Positions 8,124 through 15,315 of a stretch of 37,084 bases of DNA are shown piece after piece. The translations under genes and the position numbers were made by a program. This stretch comes from a virus: IMG/VR virus record IMGVR_UViG_3300031616_000017, positions 1-37,084 of that record; one strand, 5' to 3'. The notes beneath the pieces were generated by a model. The model made no database searches. It saw nothing but the letters and a program-made list of their open reading frames with translations, and was not told the origin of the DNA. Position 1 is the first letter of the stretch; each line of letters opens with the position of its first letter.

Positions 8124-8858
8124 TTAGATTTTCACGGCGAACGGCCTGCACTTCGGCGCATCGCCAAGCGCATTCGACAGCTTTTCTTGTCCGCCCCAAA
8201 TCTTCACGTTGCGGAATTTGCCGATGCGCTCGCCGAAACCACCTGCGTGACTGTAGTCATAGACGCCCAGCTTGAAATACGGGCCGACGACATCCGTGTA
8301 GGTCGTGCCGATATTGATCTGACGCGCTACTGCATACCCGTCCATATAGACATCAATCAGCCCCGCCCCGGCATTCGACCACCGCGCATGGAGCATGACG
8401 GAGTGCCACGCCCCTTGCGCCATCGGCATCGAGCCAATCAAGTTGTAATTGACGCTCTCAGTCGGTGGCTGTGACTGCGGAAGATGCGCCATCAGGTTTG
8501 CACCGTCATACAGCATCAGAAAATTTGGCGCCCTCGCGGCGTCACCGCCATCTGGCGTATCGTGGATTTGTTGCAAGCTAAACTGCCGGCCAACAGGCCA
8601 ACCGTCTGCATACCACTCGTAGGAGTACCAACGCTCATCGCCAAGCGCATCGACAGGCCCGGTGATCTCGCAGCGATTCCCGGCGCCAATCAGCGCATCC
8701 GTGTCACGTAAATGGGACACCATGCAGCCGTCTGCAATGTAGAGGCTGTCGCCAATCCCGTTTGCCAGTGCATCGCCAGTGCCGGATACGCCATTCGCCT
8801 GTAGGGAATCAACCCCTGCAAACGTTGACGACAGGGGGTAGCTAGAAAGCAGCGACAT
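8124..8858 (-). CDS. Polysaccharide lyase-like jelly-roll protein (PL7 / alginate-lyase-2-like motifs)
   Basis: The QIH motif (SLQQIHD) and the YFKxGxY motif (YFKLGVYDYS) are present in the correct order and spacing. 244 aa, with lower GC than the neighbouring genes. Confidence 0.6.
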   Translation of the reverse strand: MSLLSSYPLSSTFAGVDSLQANGVSGTGDALANGIGDSLYIADGCMVSHLRDTDALIGAGNRCEITGPVDALGDERWYSYEWYADGWPVGRQFSLQQIHDTPDGGDAARAPNFLMLYDGANLMAHLPQSQPPTESVNYNLIGSMPMAQGAWHSVMLHARWSNAGAGLIDVYMDGYAVARQINIGTTYTDVVGPYFKLGVYDYSHAGGFGERIGKFRNVKIWGGQEKLSNALGDAPKCRPFAVKI

Positions 8859-9832
8859 TACAGATCGCTCGCGGTCAGCAGCCGGGACGGATTGCTGCGC
8901 AGGCGCTGTACTGCCGTTGTCACCTGTGCGGCAGTCGGCTTAGTCCAAGCCGCGCCCCACCGAAGCATTGCCATGCAACGCGTCGATGCTGCGATGCCGG
9001 TAGCGTTTGTCGGGACTTTATAACCTGCGCCAAGCATGAAGTCATTGGTGTTTGTGGTATCGCAACCACTCGCCCCGAACGCTGCTGTGGTGCCAACCAG
9101 AACGCCATCCTCCCACCGATTGAGCGTTTTGGCGGAACCATCAATCAGAACGGCGAAGTCATGCGCTGCGCCGTCTGCCAAGTTGGCGGTGCCTGCTGGT
9201 CCAAACAGGTTTGTGGGCCCGGTCGCGCTGTACATCGCCAGATCGACCTTACCGCTCGTGGCAATGCGGAGTTTAAAACCGTTGCGGAAGTTGCTTTCAG
9301 AGTCGCCCATCAAATTGACTTGCGCAGCGGGAGCCGCCATCTTGCCGCGCCAGTAGATCAGCAGCGCTTCCCCTGCGTTGAAGTCGAAATTCAGCGAGGG
9401 TAGATGCAGAACGCTATCGAGCGTGCCGGTTACAGGCGCGACGACCGTTGCGTACCCGCCAACTGCCGCCATCTGCGCTATCGACAGGTTTGCGCCTCGA
9501 CTGGCGTTATTCCCGGCACCAGATGCGTCGTACCACGTTCCATCATCAGCAGTCAGGGTCGCCGCGTTGAGATGGCAGAAATACGCCGGATGGACTTGCG
9601 CCAGTGGAATTTCAACCCCCCCAGCCGTGGCTGTAATCTTCCCGGTGAGATTGGTAGAAGCCAGTACCGGCACGCCGGCATTCGGCACTATTTCTCCGCT
9701 GACGTAGGTGGCCCAATCGTGGTGCAGGTATAGGCGCGCGGTGGCGTATTCGATGTCGTACTCTTGTCCGGAGACGTGGAAGCTGCCGGAGCCCGCATTG
9801 CGGGTTTCGGTCATTTTTACGCGTAAGGTCAT
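8858..9832 (-). CDS. LamG/concanavalin-like jelly-roll domain protein (324 aa)
   Basis: Real start is MTLRVKMTETR with SD AGGAAAG. The segment AHDFAVLIDGSAKTLNRWEDGVLVG resembles Laminin_G_3. TAATG-coupled to the lyase-like gene. The 816-aa track ORF is an artefact. Confidence 0.55.
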   Translation of the reverse strand: MTLRVKMTETRNAGSGSFHVSGQEYDIEYATARLYLHHDWATYVSGEIVPNAGVPVLASTNLTGKITATAGGVEIPLAQVHPAYFCHLNAATLTADDGTWYDASGAGNNASRGANLSIAQMAAVGGYATVVAPVTGTLDSVLHLPSLNFDFNAGEALLIYWRGKMAAPAAQVNLMGDSESNFRNGFKLRIATSGKVDLAMYSATGPTNLFGPAGTANLADGAAHDFAVLIDGSAKTLNRWEDGVLVGTTAAFGASGCDTTNTNDFMLGAGYKVPTNATGIAASTRCMAMLRWGAAWTKPTAAQVTTAVQRLRSNPSRLLTASDL

Positions 9833-9846
9833 GATGGCTTTCCTAG

Positions 9847-11373
9847 CTAGGCGATAGTTGGCGCGGATGCAGGCATCGGCGCTGCGTAGGCCGGAAGGCC
9901 GGCGGCGGCGGCGGTGGCGTTGGCGCGGGCAAGGTCGGCGATGACGTCGTCGAGGTCGAGGCCCATCTGGCTGGCGATGGTGTAGGGGCTGGTGAGGCCG
10001 GCGCGGATGGCGGCGAGGCTGGCTTCGATGTCGCGCAGCGGATCGACCCACTGCCAGCGGCGGCCTTGCCATTGGTGGGCGGCGAACTTGTCGCGCTTGG
10101 CGGCCGGCAAAGGGGATCCGTTGGGCATGGTCAGGGCGTTGTTGAGCAGCGCGAGGCTGAGCCAGTCGCCGTGCACCTGCTCGAGCATGGCGTCGGCAAA
10201 CCAGCCCTGGACGGTCATCCACTGGTCGCGCTCTTCGATGACGCCGCTGCGGATGCTGCTGAAATTGACGCCTTCGAGGTCGTTGCCGAGGCTGTTGTAG
10301 GCTACGTTGAGACCGCTGGCCATACGGCGCAGGAAGGATTTGGTGAACGACTCCAGCATGGCGTCGGGGTATTTGCTGTCGTAGGCCTTGAAATCGTAGC
10401 CGTCGGGCAGCGTGTCGTAGTGGCCGGGCACGCTCACCTGGATCGGGTCGCCGTCGGCGCCCTCGGTGTCGGTGGCCGGCGGCAGGCCGTCCGGGCTGAC
10501 GAAGAAGCCGAGGGTGTCGGCGCCCTTGCGCGCGGCGAGCAGGGCGGACTGTTCGAATTCGCCGAGGTGGTGCATGGTCAGGATGGCCGAGCTCATCCAC
10601 GGCGCGCCGCGGATCTGTTCGGCGTATTCGACGATGTAGCCATGGATGATGTCGTCGGCCGGCACGGCTTCGCGCGTTCGGCCGCCGGAGATGCCGTCGT
10701 TCGGGTGGCTGGTGAACAGGTGGTAGGCGACTGGCCGGCGATAGGCGTCGATCTCGATGCCCATCACGATGGCGTTGCTGCTGCCGCTCTGCGTGCGGTT
10801 GAGGTTGGTGTCGAGGCGGTCGATGTCGAGGTGCTGCAAGGCGAAGCCGTAGGTGTTGCGGGCTGCTTTGCCGCGAATCTTGCGCACGAGGAATTCGCCG
10901 TCGATGGCGACGTCGCCGATGACGGCGCGGCAGAGGTCGGTAAAGCTCATGCGGCCGGTGATTTCGCAGACGCCGCGCCGCGACCAGTCGGCGAAGCCGC
11001 CTTCGATGGCGTCGTTGGCCAGGGCGTCGGCGGTGCTCGCGCTGTTCATGACGCGCGCCTGGAGCTTGAAGCCGTTCGGGCCGATGACGTTGGTTACCAC
11101 CATTTTTTTGAACTTGCGCGCGTAGTCGTTGTTTTTGGCGAGGTCGCGCGAGCGGGCGCGCAGGCGGTCGAGGTCGCCGCGTAGTTCGTTGTTGATGCTG
11201 TTTGTGGTGGCCAGCCAGCTGGCGGTCAGGCGATCGACGCGGGCGGCGCTGAAGGCGCGGTGGTTGCGCAGCGGCACGACCTTGGCGGCCTGGCGCTCGG
11301 CGTTCCACTTGGCGAGGACGACGCTGCCCGGTTGTTTGACGCGCTCGGCGTTGTACCAGTTGGGGGCGCTCAT
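9847..11373 (-). CDS. Portal protein, lambda family
   Basis: 508 aa. The N-terminus (RVDRLTASWLATTNSINNELRGDLDRLRARSRDLAKNNDYA) is typical of lambda-type portals. It lies downstream of GpA-type TerL. Confidence 0.9.
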   Translation of the reverse strand: MSAPNWYNAERVKQPGSVVLAKWNAERQAAKVVPLRNHRAFSAARVDRLTASWLATTNSINNELRGDLDRLRARSRDLAKNNDYARKFKKMVVTNVIGPNGFKLQARVMNSASTADALANDAIEGGFADWSRRGVCEITGRMSFTDLCRAVIGDVAIDGEFLVRKIRGKAARNTYGFALQHLDIDRLDTNLNRTQSGSSNAIVMGIEIDAYRRPVAYHLFTSHPNDGISGGRTREAVPADDIIHGYIVEYAEQIRGAPWMSSAILTMHHLGEFEQSALLAARKGADTLGFFVSPDGLPPATDTEGADGDPIQVSVPGHYDTLPDGYDFKAYDSKYPDAMLESFTKSFLRRMASGLNVAYNSLGNDLEGVNFSSIRSGVIEERDQWMTVQGWFADAMLEQVHGDWLSLALLNNALTMPNGSPLPAAKRDKFAAHQWQGRRWQWVDPLRDIEASLAAIRAGLTSPYTIASQMGLDLDDVIADLARANATAAAAGLPAYAAPMPASAPTIA

Positions 11374-11376
11374 CGC

Positions 11377-11937
11377 TTAAAACCTGACCATGACTTTTGA
11401 CCGGCCCGGCAAGCCGGCGGCGAGTCGGTCGGCGGCTTCTTCGCGCACGACTTCGGCCTTGAGTTTGTTGCGCAGGCCCATGAATTCGACGGGGGTGCGG
11501 AACTTCATGCGCCGGCCGGCGATTTCGTATTCGTGCGTCCAGGCGCTGGGGCCGTGCGCGACCATGGCCTGGTCGAGCAGGTCGAGCGTCTGGCGGGCGC
11601 TGCTGCGCGTGTCGAAGCCACCGGCCTGCGCGGCGAGGTTGGGCGCGATGGCGATGCTGCCGGTGCCGATGGTGTAGCGTTCGCCGGATTTTTCGACGGT
11701 GGCTTGCCAGGCGTAGGCGCCGGCGGCATAGGCGGCACTGGTCGCCGCGCTGACGCCGACCAGGTGGTCGGCGCCGTCGGCGGCGGCGGTGATGTCGATC
11801 TTGCCGGCAGCGTTGATCAGCCGGTATTTGAGCACCCAGCCGGCGCTGGCGGGGTAATCGACGAGGGTTTTTCGCCAGGCGATGGTGTCGCCGGCGACGA
11901 CCGTGGACGGTTCGCGGGTGGGTACGGTTTGAGCCAT
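11377..11937 (-). CDS. gpW-like head-tail joining domain (C-terminal ~75 aa) with an N-terminal ~110-aa beta-rich extension
   Basis: The C-terminus (ARQTLDLLDQAMV...YEIAGRRMKFRTPVEFMGLRNKLKAEV...GRSKVMVRF) parallels lambda gpW. It sits between terL and the portal gene. Confidence 0.55.
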   Translation of the reverse strand: MAQTVPTREPSTVVAGDTIAWRKTLVDYPASAGWVLKYRLINAAGKIDITAAADGADHLVGVSAATSAAYAAGAYAWQATVEKSGERYTIGTGSIAIAPNLAAQAGGFDTRSSARQTLDLLDQAMVAHGPSAWTHEYEIAGRRMKFRTPVEFMGLRNKLKAEVVREEAADRLAAGLPGRSKVMVRF

Positions 11938-11957
11938 ACCGCTGTTTTATGGTTTTT

Positions 11958-11992
11958 GCTGTCTCGCGGTTAAGCCACGGCGCGAGAAAGTT
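11958..11992 (-). repeat. Copy 2 of the ~35-bp hairpin element, overlapping the 3' end of the Mor-like gene
   Basis: gctgtctcgcggttaagccacggcgcgagaaagtt, with the 7-bp stem TCTCGCG/CGCGAGA. Confidence 0.8.
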
Positions 11993-12275
11993 TCAGCAGG
12001 GCATAGACGCGCTTGATGCTGATCTGGTAGCGGCGGGCGAGGAAGGGGATGCGCTCGCCGTTTTTCCAGTCACGAAACAGCGCCCGGTTGCGCGCCTCGC
12101 GCTGTTCGGCGGCTTCTTTTGGCGGCCCGATGTAGGGGCGCTCGCCTTTCCAGTCCTGATAAATTTCGGCCAGGACTTCGCCAGCCAGCAGGCCGGCGAC
12201 TTCGGCGCTGATGCCGAGTTTTTCGGTCATGCCGGCAACCATGCGGGCACGCACATCTTCCACGAATTCGGACAT
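11970..12275 (-). CDS. Mor-family transcriptional activator-like protein (Mu Mor/C type)
   Basis: The 101-aa protein has a C-terminal HTH (RNRALFRDWKNGERIPFLARRYQISIKRVYALLK) that aligns with Mu Mor (IRDLRIWNDFNGRNVSELTTRYGVTFNTVYKAIRR, recalled from memory). TAATG-coupled to terL. Confidence 0.65.
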   Translation of the reverse strand: MSEFVEDVRARMVAGMTEKLGISAEVAGLLAGEVLAEIYQDWKGERPYIGPPKEAAEQREARNRALFRDWKNGERIPFLARRYQISIKRVYALLKLSRAVA

Positions 12276-14131
12276 TATCTGTGAGCCTGCGAAACGACGC
12301 GGCGCCGTGTCTGGCCGCGATAGGTGGCTCCCGGTGTTGCGGTGGCCGCCGGCTGCGTGGCCGGGGGCTCGGTTTTTTGGTTTTGTGCTGCTTTTTTCAG
12401 GTCGACGCCCGACAGCCGAAGCGCTGCCAGGGCGTATTTCATGCAGTCGAGCGTTTCGTTTCTCGGCCGGGTCTGCACCCATTCGACGTAGGGGCGCGTG
12501 CCGCGGATCTTGGTGACGAGCTTTTCGGCGGTGAGCTGGGCGAAATACTCGTCGTCGAAGGCCGGGTCGCGCGGGAAGTGGATGTAGCCGGGGCCGGGCT
12601 CTTTTATCTTCAGGCGCGAGTAGATCAGGGCCTTGGCCTGGTCGTCGCCGACCATGTGCACGGTGATGCCCTTCTTGCGCTGCCGGCGCAGGCGCTGGCG
12701 GCGGGCTTTTTCGTCTTCGACGATCGGGCGGCCGGGGCCGGCGACGCCCTTCACGGCCATCGCCCAGCGCTTCCTTTCGACGAAGGCATAGACCAGGCTG
12801 GCGTTGTAGCCGGAGTCGACGGCGAGCGCTTGCGGCGCCCAGTACGAAAGCTCCTCGGCGAAGCGCGCCCAGACTTCGGGCTGTGCGGTGTCGCCGGGGG
12901 TGATGAAGTGTTCCATCACGTAGGCTTCTTCGCCGGCGTGCCAGTCGACGACGCTGCATTCGATGCGGTCTTTCTGCACGTCGGCGCCGGCGGTGCGTAG
13001 CAGCGCTTTCGGCAGCGTCGGCAGCAGTTCGTCATAGTCCTCTAGGCGGGCCATCAGGCCGACCGGCTCGACGTGGTCGCCGGCTTCGATCCACGGTTCG
13101 CCGAGGTGGGTATTGACGAAGGTGCGCAGGGTGCCGGGGCTCTTGATGGCGTCCTGCCACTCGCGGGCGAGGTCGAGCCAGCTGGGGCCGAGGCCGACCG
13201 GGGCGAGCAAGGCGGTGAGGTGGTAGCCGCGAATGTGGCGCGCCGGGTGTTCGGCGATCCAGCGGCCGTTCTCCAGCATCTTCGGCTTGTGGTGCTCGCT
13301 GATCTCGCGGCCGCAGGCATTGCACACGTACCAGGCGGCGATGATTTCGCCGTCGACCTTGCTCCATTTGATGCCGTGTGCGCTTTCCGGGCTGCCCCAT
13401 TCTAGCGCCTGCAGGGCATCGCAGTGCGGGCACGGAAGGTGGTACTTGCGCTGGTCGCTCTTTTCCCATTCGCGCTCGATCAGCGATTCGCCGGAGACGG
13501 TGGGCGTGCTGATCAGCATGCGTTTCGAGCGGGCGAAGGCCTTGGTGCGCCCTTCGGCGAGCTTGACCGGGTCGCCCTCGCTGCCGACTTCGGGCGGGAA
13601 GCGGTCGAGGTCGTCCATGATGATGGTGCGCACCGAGCGCTGGGCGTAGCTGTTCGGGCTGTTGCCGCCGGCCAGGAAGAGCACGCCGCCGGGGAAGTCG
13701 ATCATGTCGCCGCGATTGGCTGCGTCGCGCGAGCGCTGGCCGCCGAGGATGTCGCGGATGACCGGTGTCTCAAGCAATAGCGGGTTGAGCTTTTGCGCCT
13801 TCCAGGCGTCGCGCGAGTCGAGCGTCGGGAGCAGAATCATCATCGGCGCCGGGGCGTGGTCCATGGTGTAGCCGACGAAGTTGACGGTGGCCTCGGTGAC
13901 GCCGACCTGCGAGGATTTCATAACGACGATGTGCTGCACGCGGGAGTTGGCCGACAGGCTGTCCATGATCTCCTTCAAGAACGGCGTGCGCCGCGTGCGC
14001 CACTGGCCGCGCTCGCCCGACTGCTTGCCGGTGAGCTGGCGATTCGCGTCGGCCCACTCGGAAACCGAGAGCGGCTTCCGGGGGGCCATGGCGGACCAGG
14101 CGACGGCTAGGCAGTGGGAGAGTTTGCTCAT
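12275..14131 (-). CDS. terL: Terminase large subunit, lambda GpA family
   Basis: Start is MSKLSHCLAVAWSAM...SVSEWADANRQL. The Walker-like segment is IVVMKSSQVGVTE. 618 aa, ATGA-coupled upstream. Confidence 0.9.
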   Translation of the reverse strand: MSKLSHCLAVAWSAMAPRKPLSVSEWADANRQLTGKQSGERGQWRTRRTPFLKEIMDSLSANSRVQHIVVMKSSQVGVTEATVNFVGYTMDHAPAPMMILLPTLDSRDAWKAQKLNPLLLETPVIRDILGGQRSRDAANRGDMIDFPGGVLFLAGGNSPNSYAQRSVRTIIMDDLDRFPPEVGSEGDPVKLAEGRTKAFARSKRMLISTPTVSGESLIEREWEKSDQRKYHLPCPHCDALQALEWGSPESAHGIKWSKVDGEIIAAWYVCNACGREISEHHKPKMLENGRWIAEHPARHIRGYHLTALLAPVGLGPSWLDLAREWQDAIKSPGTLRTFVNTHLGEPWIEAGDHVEPVGLMARLEDYDELLPTLPKALLRTAGADVQKDRIECSVVDWHAGEEAYVMEHFITPGDTAQPEVWARFAEELSYWAPQALAVDSGYNASLVYAFVERKRWAMAVKGVAGPGRPIVEDEKARRQRLRRQRKKGITVHMVGDDQAKALIYSRLKIKEPGPGYIHFPRDPAFDDEYFAQLTAEKLVTKIRGTRPYVEWVQTRPRNETLDCMKYALAALRLSGVDLKKAAQNQKTEPPATQPAATATPGATYRGQTRRRVVSQAHR

Positions 14132-14373
14132 GCGGGGAAGGGTTCGCCGGTGACGGTGTGCACGGCGCGCTGGCCGGTGTAGGCCTGCCAACGGCGAACG
14201 TCGACGTCGACGTAGTTGGGGGAGAGTTCCATGGCGTAGCAGCGCCGGCCGGTCTGCTCGGCGGCGATGATCGTGGTGCCGCTGCCAGAGAACGGCTCGT
14301 AGATGGCGTCGCCGATCTTGCTGTTGCGCGCGTAAGGGGTGAGGCTGTCGGTGGGCAGGGTTTCGATTTTCAT
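14128..14373 (-). pseudogene. In-frame internal-deletion remnant of a ParB-domain DNA methyltransferase (81 aa)
   Basis: The N-terminus MKIETLPTDSLTPYARN (ParB-N-like) is joined directly to the C-terminal SAM-binding part EPFSGSGTTIIAAEQTGRRCYAMELSPNYVDVDVRRWQ. There is no (D/N)PPY catalytic motif. Confidence 0.7.
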
Positions 14374-14993
14374 GCGGTGGCCTTGGTTTTGAGTTCGTCC
14401 TGCTGGCGCTTGATCGCTTCGCCGATGCCGTGCAGGGCGTCGCGGGCGGACTGGGTGAGGATTTCGTGGATTTCGGCGAGGTTGGATACCGGGGCGACGA
14501 GCGGCGCGGTCTGGTCGGGGAAGACTTCGAGCGCGGCGCGCACGGCGCCGCCGATGAAGCGCATGGCGGCTTCGACGTCTTCACGGCTGATCAGGTCGCC
14601 GATCATGGTTTCGTATTCGGCCTTGGCCTTCAGCGCGCTGTATTTTTCCTTGAAGGCGCGGGCGGTTTGCAGGCTGGTGCCGATTTTCTCGGATTCTGTC
14701 TGCGTGACGGGGGGGGTTGCGGCTTGCGTCGTGGCGCGCTGTGCGGTTTTTCCGGCTGCGCTGGCGCCGTTACCCTGCCCCGCTGCCTTTTTTGCGCCTG
14801 TGCGCGTTTGTGCGTTTCGGGCGGCGACGTCTGGGCGGTTGCCGGCGGTCTGAGCGATGAGTTGTTCGCTGGCTTCGACTTCGACCAGGCCGGCGGCGTT
14901 GAGGACGAGCCGGCCTTCGGCCTTGAGCTTGGTGATGTAGCTCGGGGCGACGCCGAGGTGGCGGGCGAAGGTGGAGAAGTTGGCGGTGGTCAT
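14370..14993 (-). CDS. terS: Terminase small subunit, Nu1-like (N-terminal HTH)
   Basis: The N-terminal HTH is FSTFARHLGVAPSYITKLKAEGRL. The C-terminal half parallels lambda Nu1. It lies immediately upstream of terL. Confidence 0.75.
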   Translation of the reverse strand: MTTANFSTFARHLGVAPSYITKLKAEGRLVLNAAGLVEVEASEQLIAQTAGNRPDVAARNAQTRTGAKKAAGQGNGASAAGKTAQRATTQAATPPVTQTESEKIGTSLQTARAFKEKYSALKAKAEYETMIGDLISREDVEAAMRFIGGAVRAALEVFPDQTAPLVAPVSNLAEIHEILTQSARDALHGIGEAIKRQQDELKTKATA

Positions 14994-15003
14994 TTTTTCC
15001 GGT

Positions 15004-15288
15004 CTGTTCAGGGTTCGGGCGTCTGTTCAGGGTCTGTTCAGGGAACCCTGAACAGGTTGCGGCCAGTCGTACCAGTGCTGTTCAGGGTGTTCATGGTTCT
15101 TTTACATATCCGCGCGTAGGAGAGATTGTTAACGTGAAGCGCGCGCGAGGCGTTCGCGGGGGTGCCTGTGCCGGCGCATGCATACACTCGCACACGGGCG
15201 CATAAACCCTGAACACCCTGAACACCCTGAACAGCCGCGCCGTTACTGGGCGCAGCCTGTTCAGGGTTCCCTGAACAAACCCTGAACA
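15004..15288. repeat. Iteron array: about 11 copies of CTGTTCAGGG / CCCTGAACAG in both orientations, in two clusters flanking a ~110-bp unique core
   Basis: Forward copies start at 15004, 15023, 15034, 15078 and 15257. Reverse copies start at 15046, 15207, 15216, 15225, 15269 and 15280. Two palindromes are present: the one at 15034-15055 is perfect and the one at 15257-15278 has one mismatch. Confidence 0.85.
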
Positions 15289-15315
15289 AAACGGGTTTTT
15301 CAGGCGTTTGGTGCG

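Noticed and set aside
7972-8199. Small ORFs (7906..8112 +, 7972..8199 -, 8088..8474 +) in the gap between the capsid and lyase-like genes.
   Set aside because: They span a terminator hairpin and the repeated hairpin element, lack an SD and have odd composition. The region is regulatory rather than coding.
8858-11308. An 816-aa minus-strand ORF overlapping the portal gene. Similar giant or Arg/Pro-rich ORFs occur at 24..1070, 72..1592 (N-terminal part), 10066..11184, 12275..14584 (N-terminal part), 15038..16966 and 16894..17946.
   Set aside because: Their composition (runs of R, P, G, A, H) is typical of off-frame or antisense translation of GC-rich coding DNA. Each overlaps a gene with clear family signatures. 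Only the C-terminal 324 aa of 8858..11308 (from MTLRV, with an SD) is credible.
15004-15288. Whether the short-repeat cluster could be a CRISPR array.
   Set aside because: The repeats are only 9-10 bp and occur in both orientations. They are partly tandem without spacers, and no cas genes are present. Iterons or terminase-binding sites fit better.
15281-15305. The imperfect hairpin CCTGAACAAAAC-GG-GTTTTTCAGG just after the primase-helicase stop as a terminator.
   Set aside because: The stem is AT-rich and bulged, has no clean U-run on the minus strand, and is built from the iteron motif itself. It is treated as part of the iteron array.
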